Notes: generated by a model not told the origin, from the letters alone. A DNA stretch of 64,000 bases from Candidatus Latescibacterota bacterium (GCA_965219995.1 CBDCOX010000002.1:5216001-5280000), one strand, 5' to 3'; shown: positions 8,536-18,224, counted from the first letter of the stretch. Numbers and translations are program-made.

Positions 8536-10407
8536 TCAGTCTCCGAGCCGGATGCGGGCCGCCTTCTCCGCGTCGTACCACCACCCGTGCGGGAACGGCG
8601 ACCGGTACTTCGCTTCGAGCGCCCGTGCCGGCCGGCCGAACTTGTCCCAGTACGCGAGGAACGGATCGGCCACCGCGTTCAGCGGGACCTGGTAGTAGCC
8701 CCAGAGCAGTACGCGGTCGAGCGCCCGGAGGGCGGTCCGCATGGTCTCGAACGACGTGGCGTCCGTCGCGGTCTCCACCAGCGCGTCCACGGCGGGATGC
8801 GCGATGCCGGCCATGTTGCGCGTGAGCGGCATGCCGGCGGCCATCGAGTGGAAGAACCCCTTCAGTTCGATGATCGGCGGCAGCAGGATGTCGTGGTTGC
8901 GCAGGCCCGCCTCGAAGTCGAGACTCCGGCGGCGGTTGATGTACTCGGTGTTGTCCACGGTGCGGATCGTGCCCCGGATACCGAGTTGCGCGAGGCTGTC
9001 GATGTAGGGGAGCAGCGTCCGCTGGTCCGCCGGGGAACGCGACAGGAACTCGATCTCGAAGGGCTCGCCGCGGTCGTTCACGAGGGCGCCGCCGCGAACC
9101 CGCCATCCGGCCTCCTCGAGCAGGGCACGGGCACGCTCGAGGCCCGCCCGGTTGCGTCCGGAACCGCTCGACGCCGGCAGTGCGAACGGCTCGGTGAAGA
9201 GTTCCGCCGGCAACGTGCCGCGGAGCGGCTCCAGCAGTGCGAGTTCCGCCTCGTCCGGAAGCCCGGTCGCCGCGAACGGGGTGTTCGGGAAGTGGCTCTC
9301 CGCGCGCTCGTGGAGCCCCCGGTGCAGTGCCCGGTTCTGCCAGTCGAAGTCCATCGCGTAGGTCAGCGCCTGGCGCACGCGGCGGTCGTCGAAGGGCGGC
9401 CGGCGCGTGTTCCAGCTCAGCATGAGCCGCACGCCGATCTCGATGCGCAGGTAATACTTGCCCTTGACCAGCCAGCCCCGCGCATGGGCCGGCGTGTCGT
9501 AGGACGACACCCAGTGCCGGAGGTCCTGCTCGATCCAGTAGTCGAAGAGCCCCTTGCGGAAGGCCTCCCGCGCCACCGTGCCGTCCCGGTACACCTCGTA
9601 GCGCAGGACGTCGAAGTTGTAACGGCCCCGGTTCGGCGGCGTGTCGCGGCCCCAGTAGTCCGGCACGCGCTCGTACCGCACGCTGCGGCCCGGCTCGAAG
9701 TCCGCCACCCGGTACGGGCCGCTGCCGAGGTGCGGGACGAGGTCGGGCTTTCGGGGGTCCCGGCCCTTCCAGTAGTGGGCCGGCAGCACGGTCATGAAGT
9801 TGAGGATCGTGAAGTTGGCCGCCGTCACGTCGGCATGGGTGTGCAGGACGAACTCCCGGTCGTTCAGCACCTCGATCGACGCGATCCAGCCCAGCACGTC
9901 CGGGAGTCCCGCGGCGAACGGGTCCGCCCGGATCGTCTCCATCGTGTAGGCCACGTCGGCCGACGTGATCGGCACGCCGTCGTGCCAGTGCGCCTCCGGA
10001 CGCAACCTGAACGCGATCCAACGCCGGTCCGGGGAGACGGCGAGCCCCTCGGCCAGGTCGCCGTAGTACGCGTTCATCTCGTCGCCGGAGATCGTCAGCA
10101 GCCGGTCCAGGGTCAGGTCCGAGCCGGGCGCCCGCGCACCGGTGGACGACAGCGGCGCGAGGGTGTCGAAGGCGGCCATGTGCGACATCACCAGCGTTCC
10201 GCCCTTCGGCGCATCGGGGTTGTGATAGTCGAAATGCGTGTAGTCCGGCGGGTACTTCAGTTCCCCGAACATCGAGTAGCCGTGGCGGTAGTCGATCGCG
10301 GGGCGTTCGGCACGCTGCGCGGCAAGCGCGCTCGCCGCGACGCACAGGGAAACGCACAGGGCCGCGAGCCGCCTCCACACGACGGTTTCAGCCGTCGATG
10401 AGGACAC
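8536..10407 (-). CDS. ABC oligopeptide substrate-binding protein, family 5 (YejA-like)
   Basis: HGYSMFGELKYPPDYTHFDYHNPDAPKGG, GSGPY, NRGRYNFD, ALDRVLLWGYY, WWYD. Start uncertain. Confidence 0.88.
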   Translation of the reverse strand: MSSSTAETVVWRRLAALCVSLCVAASALAAQRAERPAIDYRHGYSMFGELKYPPDYTHFDYHNPDAPKGGTLVMSHMAAFDTLAPLSSTGARAPGSDLTLDRLLTISGDEMNAYYGDLAEGLAVSPDRRWIAFRLRPEAHWHDGVPITSADVAYTMETIRADPFAAGLPDVLGWIASIEVLNDREFVLHTHADVTAANFTILNFMTVLPAHYWKGRDPRKPDLVPHLGSGPYRVADFEPGRSVRYERVPDYWGRDTPPNRGRYNFDVLRYEVYRDGTVAREAFRKGLFDYWIEQDLRHWVSSYDTPAHARGWLVKGKYYLRIEIGVRLMLSWNTRRPPFDDRRVRQALTYAMDFDWQNRALHRGLHERAESHFPNTPFAATGLPDEAELALLEPLRGTLPAELFTEPFALPASSGSGRNRAGLERARALLEEAGWRVRGGALVNDRGEPFEIEFLSRSPADQRTLLPYIDSLAQLGIRGTIRTVDNTEYINRRRSLDFEAGLRNHDILLPPIIELKGFFHSMAAGMPLTRNMAGIAHPAVDALVETATDATSFETMRTALRALDRVLLWGYYQVPLNAVADPFLAYWDKFGRPARALEAKYRSPFPHGWWYDAEKAARIRLGD

Positions 10408-12016
10408 CCGGATTGAGGATGCCGTTCGGATCGAGGCGCCCCTTGGCGGCCTTCAGCACTTCCGCGAACAGGTCCGGGCGCTGGCGGTCCCAGCCGGGCC
10501 GGTGCATGCGTCCCACGGCGTGGTGATGCGTGACCGTGCCGCCGGCGTCCACGACCGCGGCGGTCGCTTCGTCCTTGATCGCCTGCCACTGTTCCGCTTC
10601 GCCGCCGAGCGCCGCCGCTCCGTTCCACGAGTAGTAGGGCGCGGGCCCGTCGGGATAGACGTGCGTGAAGCGGCAGGACAGCGCGGCGCCCTCCCCCAGC
10701 ACGTCCTCGAGGACGCGCGTCATCCGTTCGCGTACCGCCGCGTCGAACGCGGGCCAGCGGTCCCAGGTGATGGCCGTCTCGAACGTGTCGGACAGCAGGC
10801 CGAGCCCGTTTGTCACCCCCGCGTTGACGCCGATGAAGGCGTTGCGCCACGCCCCCACCGCGCCCCCGCGGCCCGTGGCCTGGCCGCGTCCGTCGTCGAC
10901 GAGGATGTCCTCGTCCGCGATGCGCCCGCCGTGGTCGCGCGCCAGCGCCACCGCCTGCTCGATGTTCGCGCCCTGCGGGACGTCCGCCGACTCGAAGCCG
11001 ATGATGAGCAGGGCCGACGTGCCGTCGAGCCCGGCGCTCGCACCCGCTTCCACGGGGTCGAGGATGCGCAGGTTGGCCGGCCAGAGCTTCGCCTGTACGA
11101 CGGCGCGCACCGCCTCCGTGCCCGTGCGCCAGTCCGGGAACGTGATGCCCGCCGTCGCGCGGAATCGCGGGCGTTTCTGCAGGCGCAGCCAGCACTCGCT
11201 GATGATGCCGAGCGTGCCCTCCGACCCGATCACGAGCCGGTCCGGGCTCGGGCCCGCGCCGCTGCCCGGCAGGCGCCGCGTCTCCATCCATCCCGCCGGC
11301 GACAGCATGCGCGTCGACTCCACGAAGTCGTCGATGTGGGTGTGGTTGGTCGCGTAGTGGCCCCCGGAACGCGTCGCCACCCAGCCGCCCACCGTGGACC
11401 ACGGGAAGCTCTGCGGGAAGTGCCGCAAGGTCAGCCCCATCGGCCGCAGGGCGGCTTCGAGGTCCGGTCCCAGGAGGCCGGCGCCGAAGCGGCCGGCGCG
11501 CGAGACCTCGTCGATCTCGAGTACGTCGCTCAGGTGGTCCAGGTCGATGCTCACCGCGGCGTCCGACCCCTCGGGCACGTTCAGGCCCCACACCACCGAC
11601 GTCCCGCCGCCGTAGGGAATCGCCGTGTAGCCGCCGGTGTCGCACCATGCGAGCACGGCCTCGAGTTCGTCCTCCGTGCGCGGATGCGCGACCGCGTCCG
11701 GCGGGTTGTCGAACACGCCGCGCAGTGCCTTCAGGAGTTCCATCGAGTGTCCGCCGTAGGTATGCGTCGCGCGCTCCGCATGGTCGTTCGTCACGCAGCC
11801 GGCGAGGCGGGCGGGAACGTCGATCCTGGCGGGCCTGAGGGAAACCTCCCCGAGGTCGGGGACGGGGGGCGGCGTCACGTCGCGCCCGAAGCGGGCCGAC
11901 AGCCGTTCGGCCGCCGCACGGCGCTCGTCGGCGGACGGCTCGTCCGAGACGTAACCCCAGGTCCAGAAGCTGCGGCGTTCCGAGCGTGCGGCCACCCGAG
12001 ATCCCTCGTTCGACAA
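10388..12016 (-). CDS. FAD-binding oxidoreductase (alkyl-DHAP synthase/VAO family)
   Basis: PYGGGTSV, HFPQSF..STVGGWVATR, GSEGTLGII, HHHAVG, LDPNGILNPG. Confidence 0.9.
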   Translation of the reverse strand: MSNEGSRVAARSERRSFWTWGYVSDEPSADERRAAAERLSARFGRDVTPPPVPDLGEVSLRPARIDVPARLAGCVTNDHAERATHTYGGHSMELLKALRGVFDNPPDAVAHPRTEDELEAVLAWCDTGGYTAIPYGGGTSVVWGLNVPEGSDAAVSIDLDHLSDVLEIDEVSRAGRFGAGLLGPDLEAALRPMGLTLRHFPQSFPWSTVGGWVATRSGGHYATNHTHIDDFVESTRMLSPAGWMETRRLPGSGAGPSPDRLVIGSEGTLGIISECWLRLQKRPRFRATAGITFPDWRTGTEAVRAVVQAKLWPANLRILDPVEAGASAGLDGTSALLIIGFESADVPQGANIEQAVALARDHGGRIADEDILVDDGRGQATGRGGAVGAWRNAFIGVNAGVTNGLGLLSDTFETAITWDRWPAFDAAVRERMTRVLEDVLGEGAALSCRFTHVYPDGPAPYYSWNGAAALGGEAEQWQAIKDEATAAVVDAGGTVTHHHAVGRMHRPGWDRQRPDLFAEVLKAAKGRLDPNGILNPGVLIDG

Positions 12017-12094
12017 CTGCGATGCGGTAAGCTACCACGCTCGTCGGGTACCGCCCGTCCGTCCAACGTCAGCCACAGGAAAACCCGTCCCGCC

Positions 12095-12175
12095 ATGCGC
12101 GAAGCCGCCGTCGCCGCCATGCAGGGGTTCATCGACGCGTTCAATGCGCAGAATCACGAGGCGCTCGGCGACTGA
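12095..12175 (+). pseudogene. Possible 26-aa N-terminal relic of a SnoaL/NTF2-like gene
   Basis: MREAAVAAMQGFIDAFNAQNHEALGD* resembles the first helices of NTF2-fold proteins and stops 3 nt before the next ATG. Confidence 0.4.
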
Positions 12176-12178
12176 AAG

Positions 12179-12583
12179 ATGGGACTCGACCGCGTGCACG
12201 GCATCGTGCAGGAGGGCTTCGCGCGGACGATGGGCATCGAGTTCGTCGAGTCCGAGCCGGACCGCGTCGTCCTGCGCCTGCCCTATGGGCCGCACCTCGG
12301 CGTCGGGCGCATCCACGGCGGAGCCATCAGCGCGTTCGTCGACACCGCCGCCACCGCGGCATTCTGGTCGCTGCCCGAACCGCCGCCCAACGCCCGTGGC
12401 GCCACCGTCGGGTTCACGATCAACTACCTGCGCCTGGCGGTCGGCATCGACCTCACGGCCACGGCGACGGTACGCCGGCGGGGCGGCACGATCTCCGTCG
12501 GCGAGGTGTGCGTGACGGACGCCGCCGGGGCGGAGATCGCCATGGCAACGGTCACCTACAAGCTCGACGCGGGCACGCGTTGA
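12179..12583 (+). CDS. PaaI-family hotdog thioesterase
   Basis: IHGGAISAFVDTA, ATVGFTINYLR. Confidence 0.88.
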   Translation: MGLDRVHGIVQEGFARTMGIEFVESEPDRVVLRLPYGPHLGVGRIHGGAISAFVDTAATAAFWSLPEPPPNARGATVGFTINYLRLAVGIDLTATATVRRRGGTISVGEVCVTDAAGAEIAMATVTYKLDAGTR

Positions 12584-12615
12584 CGAACCATAAGCACTTC
12601 ATTCGGGAGCAGATC

Positions 12616-13092
12616 ATGTTGAGACCCCTGGCCGCCTTCCTCCTCGCCGCCCTGCTGGGCAGCGCCGCCTTTGCCCAGGACGTCGCCACGGCCGAGATCG
12701 CCGCGCTGCTTGCGACCTACGCGCGCGCCACCAACACGCTCGACCTGGAGCTCGCCGAGGAGATCTGGAGCCAGGACCCCCGCGTCTCGTTCATCCATCC
12801 GCGCGGCCATCAACGCGGCTGGGAGGAAATCAGGGAGAACTTCTACCTCGGAGCGATGGGTGGACTGCCGACGCGACATCTCACGATCGGTGACTTCGAG
12901 ATACACCCACTCACCGACGATACGGCATGGTCCGATTTCTACTGGACCTTCGAGGCGAGTCTTCCCGACGGCACGCCCATCAACTCGGCGGGCCGCGAGA
13001 CGCAGATCTACCGGCGCGAGAACGGCGTCTGGCAGATCCATCACGTGCACTACTCCGGCATGCCCACGCAGGAGGAAGGCGAGGGCTTCTAG
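12616..13092 (+). CDS. Secreted SnoaL/NTF2-fold protein
   Basis: Signal peptide ending AAFA; SFIHPRGHQRGWEEI, GRETQIYRRENGVWQIHHVHYS. Confidence 0.8.
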   Translation: MLRPLAAFLLAALLGSAAFAQDVATAEIAALLATYARATNTLDLELAEEIWSQDPRVSFIHPRGHQRGWEEIRENFYLGAMGGLPTRHLTIGDFEIHPLTDDTAWSDFYWTFEASLPDGTPINSAGRETQIYRRENGVWQIHHVHYSGMPTQEEGEGF

Positions 13093-13130
13093 CAGCTGCC
13101 GCCGCGTCCCCAACCCGATCGGAGACCCGC

Positions 13131-14582
13131 ATGAAAGCCATCTTCATCCTGCTCGACAGCCTGAACCGCAACTACCTGCCGATCTATGGCAACGACTGGG
13201 TGCGGGCGCCGAACATCACCCGGCTCGCGAACAGCGGCGTCGTCCACGACAACCACTGGCTGGGGTCCGCCCCCTGCATGCCGGCGCGGCGCGACATCAT
13301 GACGGGGCGCCTGAACTTCCTCGAGCGGCCCTGGGGCGCCATCGAGCCGTTCGACGTGCCGTTCCCCGGCCTCCTGCGCAAGGCGGGCATCCGTTCGCAC
13401 ATGGAGACCGACCACTACCACTACTTCCACGTCGGCGGCGAGAACTACCACACCCAGTTCGACACCTACCAGTTCCACCGCGGCCAGGAGAACGACTGCT
13501 GGCAGTCGCGCGCGCGGCCGCCGGCGGAACCGGAGCACCTCGGGCGGTGGACCGAGCAGTACGCGCTCAACGCCGAGCGCTTCACCTCCGCGGCGGAGTT
13601 CCCGACGCCGAAGACCTTCCTCGGCGCCGTGGACTGGCTGCAGCGCAATGAGGGGACGGACGACTTCCTCCTCTGGGTGGAGGGCTTCGACCCCCACGAG
13701 CCGTTCGACTGTCCGCGGGTCTACGTGGACCAGTACGGCGACGACTGGTCGGGACCGCTGAACCTGTGGACGGGCTACGACCGGGCGGAGGGCGGAGAGG
13801 ACGCCATCCGGCACCTGCGCCGCCGCTACGCCGGCACGCTTTCGATGGCGGACGAGTATCTCGGCCGGCTGCTCGACGAACTCGAGCGGCAGGGCATCTT
13901 CGAGGAGACGCTCATCATCCTGACCACCGACCACGGCCACCTCATCGGCGAGCACGGCTGCACCGGCAAGAACCGGTGGCATGCCTGGAACGAACTCTCG
14001 AACCTGCCCCTCGTCGCCAAGCTGCCCGGGAACCGGCACGCCGGGCAACGCCGCGCGCAGCTCACGCAGAACATCGACGTCATGCCGACGCTGCTCGACT
14101 ACTTCGGGGTGGACTGCCCGCACGCGATCCACGGAGAGTCCCTGCGGGGCGTGTTCGAGGCGGACGCGCCTGTGGCCCGCGAGGCCGTCCTCTACGGCTG
14201 GTTCGGCATGCCCGTGAACGTGACCGACGGGAGCTACACCTACATGCGGGCCGCCGCCCAGGCCGACAACGCACCGCTCTTCATGCACTACCAGATCCCG
14301 ACGTCCTACCACTTCCACAGCCTGCCGGGCGACCGCATGTTCCGCGAGGCGGAGTTCGGCAGCTTCCTGCCCTATACCGACATGCCGGTGGTCCGCGCGC
14401 GTTCCGGGATGCGGCGGACGGACATCGTGAAGGACTCGCAGCTCTTCCACCTCGGCAACGATCCCCGGCAGACGCGCAACCTCGTCGGCAAGCCGGCGGA
14501 GGCGCGCTACGTGGACGTGCTCCGGCGGACCATGGAAGCCGCCGACGCGCCCCCCTCGCAGTTCGAGCGGCTGGGTCTGTAG
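13131..14582 (+). CDS. Cys-type sulfatase
   Basis: LLDSLN, CMPAR (CxPxR), FDPHEPF, TTDHG; GGAG upstream of ATG 13131. Confidence 0.9.
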   Translation: MKAIFILLDSLNRNYLPIYGNDWVRAPNITRLANSGVVHDNHWLGSAPCMPARRDIMTGRLNFLERPWGAIEPFDVPFPGLLRKAGIRSHMETDHYHYFHVGGENYHTQFDTYQFHRGQENDCWQSRARPPAEPEHLGRWTEQYALNAERFTSAAEFPTPKTFLGAVDWLQRNEGTDDFLLWVEGFDPHEPFDCPRVYVDQYGDDWSGPLNLWTGYDRAEGGEDAIRHLRRRYAGTLSMADEYLGRLLDELERQGIFEETLIILTTDHGHLIGEHGCTGKNRWHAWNELSNLPLVAKLPGNRHAGQRRAQLTQNIDVMPTLLDYFGVDCPHAIHGESLRGVFEADAPVAREAVLYGWFGMPVNVTDGSYTYMRAAAQADNAPLFMHYQIPTSYHFHSLPGDRMFREAEFGSFLPYTDMPVVRARSGMRRTDIVKDSQLFHLGNDPRQTRNLVGKPAEARYVDVLRRTMEAADAPPSQFERLGL

Positions 14583-14620
14583 GCGGCCGCCGCCACGCGC
14601 GCCGTCGAGCCAGGCTGAAA

Positions 14621-15301
14621 ATGGGCGCCCTCGCCGGAACCGCGTTGCTCGTCGTCCTCGCCGCAGGGGGCGACCGCGCCCTCTCCCTGTTCCGCTCCGT
14701 CGCGGCAGCCAACCCGCCGGCGGACGACCGGCTGTCGTGCAGCTACACGACGCGCGCGACGATCCAGGGACGCGACCTCGAGGAGCGCTTCACGCCCGGC
14801 GAGGGCTGGCGTCTCGTCGCCATCGGCGACCGGTCCCCTTCCCTCCAGGAACTCGAGCGCTACGAGGGGGGCGCGGAGGACCGCCGCCGGCGCGGACATC
14901 CCACGGAGTTCGACGTCGCCGCGATGGCGCGCGAGGAGACGGTCGTCCTCGCCGACGAAGACTACGAGACGCTGACCTTCACGTTCGCCCTGGCGCCCTC
15001 CGAGGACAGCGACGCGCCTCCGTTCCTGGACAAGCTGCAGGGCACGCTGACGGTGCGCAAGTCCGGGTTCGTGCCAACGTCGTTCGTGCTGGAAGCCCTC
15101 GAGGAGGTCTCTCCGGGACCGACCGTGAAGATCCACGAGTTCCGCCAGGAGACGACCTTCTACCGCGACGCGGCGTCGGGCGCCCTCCTCGTCGAGTCGG
15201 TGCACGTCGACATGCGCGGCAAGGCCTTCCTGTTCAAGACGCTGGACGAGGACCGGCGCGTGCGGTACGCGGACTACGTCTGCACGCCGTCGGCTTCCTG
15301 A
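14621..15301 (+). CDS. Hypothetical exported beta-rich protein
   Basis: Protein-like C-terminal part of ORF 13766..15301 with a hydrophobic N-terminus; fills the gap between co-oriented genes. Confidence 0.65.
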   Translation: MGALAGTALLVVLAAGGDRALSLFRSVAAANPPADDRLSCSYTTRATIQGRDLEERFTPGEGWRLVAIGDRSPSLQELERYEGGAEDRRRRGHPTEFDVAAMAREETVVLADEDYETLTFTFALAPSEDSDAPPFLDKLQGTLTVRKSGFVPTSFVLEALEEVSPGPTVKIHEFRQETTFYRDAASGALLVESVHVDMRGKAFLFKTLDEDRRVRYADYVCTPSAS

Positions 15302-15332
15302 CCCGGCCGGCGCCAAGACAGGGAGAGCCACG

Positions 15333-16712
15333 CTGAGCGACGATCCCTACACCATCCGCCCCGGCGAAACCCGGGAACCGCCGCGGGGGCTGCTCGCCCG
15401 GCTGCGCAACCTCGGCCCGGGGATCGTCGTCTCCGGCTCCATCGTGGGGTCCGGCGAGATCCTGCTGACGGCCGGGCTCGGAGCGGCCGCGGGTTTCGTC
15501 CTCCTCTGGTGGGTGCTGTTCTCCTGCTGGATCAAGTCCCTCATCCAGGCGGAACTCGCGCGCTATGTCGTCACCACCGGCGACACCTACCTGCGCGCGC
15601 TGAACCGTCTGCCGGGCAAGCTCCGCTTCTTCAACAAGGAGCGCGTGGCCTGGCCGATCTGGCTCGGCCTCGTGGGGTTCGTGCCCGGCATCCTCATCGG
15701 CGGCGGGATCATCGGCGGCGCCGGCCAGGCGCTCGGACTGCTCCTCGGCCCCGTGGTTCCGGCGATGACCGAAACGTGGGCCACGGTGTCCGCTGCGGCC
15801 CTGGTCATGCTCATCCTCGGCACCGGGGCGTACATGCGCCTCGAGAAGGCCATGCTCGTCCTCGTCATGAGCTTCACGGCGGCCACGATCGTCTCGGCGC
15901 TCCTCATGCAGACGACGGAGTTCCGCGCCACCGGCGCCGACATCCTGTCCGGCCTGACCTTCGACTTCCCCCTCGAGCACGCCGTGCTCGCCCTCGCCAT
16001 GTACGGCGCCACCGGCGTCGCTTCGGGCGAGATCGCGGCCTACACCTACTGGTGCGTGGAGAAGGGCTATCCGACCTTCGTGGGCGGCGACCGCAACGAT
16101 CCCGGGTGGGTGGAACGGGCGCGGGGCTGGGTGCGCGTGGTCCAGACCGACGTGTGGGTGACGCTCGTCATCCTGACCTTCGCGACGCTCTCGTTCTTCT
16201 TCCTCGGCGCCGGCGTGCTGCATCGCATCGGCGAACTGCCGTCCGGTTCCGAGACGATCGCCGTCCTGTCCCGCATGTACACGCAGACCCTCGGGCCCTG
16301 GTCCTTCTGGCTGTTCAGCTTCGGGGCGTTCTGCATCCTGTTCTCGACGTCCCTGTCCGGCATCGGCGCCGGTTCCCGCAGCTTCCCCGACCTCCTCGTC
16401 ACCCTCGGCTTCATCCCGCGGAGCAACCTCGCGCTGCGGCGCAAGTGGATCGCCGGATACGTCGTCGCGATGCCCATCATCAGCGCCGGGCTCTACCTGT
16501 GGTTCCCGCAACCGATCGTGCTCGTCACCTTCGGGGCGACGTACGGCGCCTTCATGCTGCCCCTGCAGAGCTTCCTGACGTTCTACCTGCAGAAGCGCCG
16601 CATGGACCCGCGGGTCCTGCCGGGGTCCTGGGTGCGCTGGGCGGTGGCGGCGATCTTTGTCGTGCAGGCGTTCCTGTCGCTGTTCATCATCCGGAACATC
16701 CTGTTCGCGTAA
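15333..16712 (+). CDS. Nramp-family (MntH-related) membrane transporter; probable CTG start
   Basis: LGPGIVVSGSIVGSGE, multiple TM helices, YTYWCVEKG. The conserved motif extends upstream of the ORF-track start at 15444. Confidence 0.8.
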   Translation: MSDDPYTIRPGETREPPRGLLARLRNLGPGIVVSGSIVGSGEILLTAGLGAAAGFVLLWWVLFSCWIKSLIQAELARYVVTTGDTYLRALNRLPGKLRFFNKERVAWPIWLGLVGFVPGILIGGGIIGGAGQALGLLLGPVVPAMTETWATVSAAALVMLILGTGAYMRLEKAMLVLVMSFTAATIVSALLMQTTEFRATGADILSGLTFDFPLEHAVLALAMYGATGVASGEIAAYTYWCVEKGYPTFVGGDRNDPGWVERARGWVRVVQTDVWVTLVILTFATLSFFFLGAGVLHRIGELPSGSETIAVLSRMYTQTLGPWSFWLFSFGAFCILFSTSLSGIGAGSRSFPDLLVTLGFIPRSNLALRRKWIAGYVVAMPIISAGLYLWFPQPIVLVTFGATYGAFMLPLQSFLTFYLQKRRMDPRVLPGSWVRWAVAAIFVVQAFLSLFIIRNILFA

Positions 16713-16732
16713 GCGGCGCCGCGCCGCCCCGT

Positions 16733-16761
16733 TTGACCCGTTCGCCGATCCCTCCCAAACT
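16733..16761 (+). promoter_or_regulatory. Putative sigma70 promoter of the fused TA gene
   Basis: TTGACC-17 nt-CAAACT, followed by GGAGG and ATG 16778. Confidence 0.45.
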
Positions 16762-16777
16762 TGCGCCGGAGGCCACG

Positions 16778-18106
16778 ATGACCGTCGCCGGGACCGCATA
16801 CGAGACCGCCTGCAAAGCCCTTTGCCGCCTGCTCGCCGAGGCCGGGCGCAAGGCGGTCCTGCGCTCCGAGCTGACGCCGCACGCGCCGGCCCACGCCTGC
16901 GACCGCGCCCTGCGCCACTACTGCGAGACCGGGCGGCTGACGCGCGTCGGCCGCGGCATCTACGGCATCGGCGCGGCCAAGGTCTTCGAGATCGTCCCCG
17001 AGGTGATGCCGAAGCTCGGCTACCGCATCCTGCCCGGCGAGCCCGTCCGCGGCTACAGCCAGAAGTCGGGGGGCGCCGTGTGGAGGCTGGACCGGCCCTG
17101 CCGGCGCGTGATCCGCAAGCGGGGTGTGCAGGCGATGTTCGAGACGCCCGATGGAAGACGGGTTGGAAACCGGCGGCGACGGGCCGCCCTGCAAGGAGGC
17201 AGCATGGACCTACCGAAGGAGCCCCCCGGCCGCGGGGAGATCGAGGCCCACTTCAACACCTTCGAGCGGTGCCACTCGCTCGCCCGGGCGGAGAAGGACC
17301 TGCTCGTACGCCGGACCCTGCTGGCCATGGAGCGTTTCCGGAGCGACCGGGCCAGGCTCGCCATCGAGGGCGGCACGGCGCTCGTGGCCTACCACCGCGC
17401 CACCACCCGCTTCTCGGAAGATCTCGACATCCGCCTGATCCCCGACGAGTCGGTGCGGCGCCTGGACACCGACGAACGGATCGCCGTCCTGAAGGAGATC
17501 GGCCAGGAGTTCAAGGCGCACGTCCACGCGCAGATGCCGTTTCTCGAGCCGACCCGCAAGGGACGGATCCGCAAGGACGCGGTCCTGCAGACGTTCATCT
17601 ACAACTATCGGAGCGCGGTTCCGGACGAGAACGTCGTGGCGGGCATCAAGTGCGAGCTGGTGCACATCCCGCTGATGATGCCGACGGTCGAGCGAATCGG
17701 AGTGACCGGAGAGCCGTTCGACGCGATTCGCGTGCCGGAAATCGCCAGCGGCAAGTGGCAGGCCCTTGCGACCCGGCTGCCGCGCAACGCCGACTCCTAT
17801 CCCGATCTCGTGCGCCACGTCCACGACCTTGCGGCGGTCGCCAGCGTCCTGGAAGGGCTCGACCCGGATACCGCCCACCGCACCATGCTGCGCGACGCGA
17901 CGACGCACGAGTCCGTGGCCGCCGTCCTGGAAGAGGTGGCCCGGCCCGTCTGGCGCGCACACTACGAAGGCTACATGGAACGGATGGGCGTCCTGCCGGT
18001 GAGCGACTGGCCGAACAGCCATCCCTCGTGGCACATCGTGCTCGCGAACTTCACGGCCCTGGCGCGGGAACTCGGCCTGTCGCCGCCGCCCGCCTCGGGC
18101 AAGTAA
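16778..18106 (+). CDS. Fusion of an AbiEi/DUF6088-like winged HTH with an AbiEii-family nucleotidyltransferase
   Basis: N-terminal DRALRHYCETGRLTRVGRGIY; C-terminal AEKDLL, EGGTAL, RFSEDLD, KWQAL, RHVHDL. No stop between them; internal AAGGAGG-ATG at 17204. Confidence 0.78.
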   Translation: MTVAGTAYETACKALCRLLAEAGRKAVLRSELTPHAPAHACDRALRHYCETGRLTRVGRGIYGIGAAKVFEIVPEVMPKLGYRILPGEPVRGYSQKSGGAVWRLDRPCRRVIRKRGVQAMFETPDGRRVGNRRRRAALQGGSMDLPKEPPGRGEIEAHFNTFERCHSLARAEKDLLVRRTLLAMERFRSDRARLAIEGGTALVAYHRATTRFSEDLDIRLIPDESVRRLDTDERIAVLKEIGQEFKAHVHAQMPFLEPTRKGRIRKDAVLQTFIYNYRSAVPDENVVAGIKCELVHIPLMMPTVERIGVTGEPFDAIRVPEIASGKWQALATRLPRNADSYPDLVRHVHDLAAVASVLEGLDPDTAHRTMLRDATTHESVAAVLEEVARPVWRAHYEGYMERMGVLPVSDWPNSHPSWHIVLANFTALARELGLSPPPASGK

Positions 18107-18168
18107 CCGCGTTCGGACGAACGATGCGAGGGCTACAGGGGCGGGGCTTGTGCCCGTCGGGGGGTGGC

Positions 18169-18220
18169 TGACTTGACTCCGCAGAACACCGGCGCTGGAC
18201 ATCCAGAAAGGGAGAATAGA
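18169..18220 (+). mobile_element. Possible solo IS3-family left end (relic)
   Basis: TGACTTGACTCC...CTGGACA followed by purine-rich AGAAAGGGAGAATAG, resembling IS3-type terminal repeats; no transposase follows. Confidence 0.25.
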
Positions 18221-18224
18221 TCGG

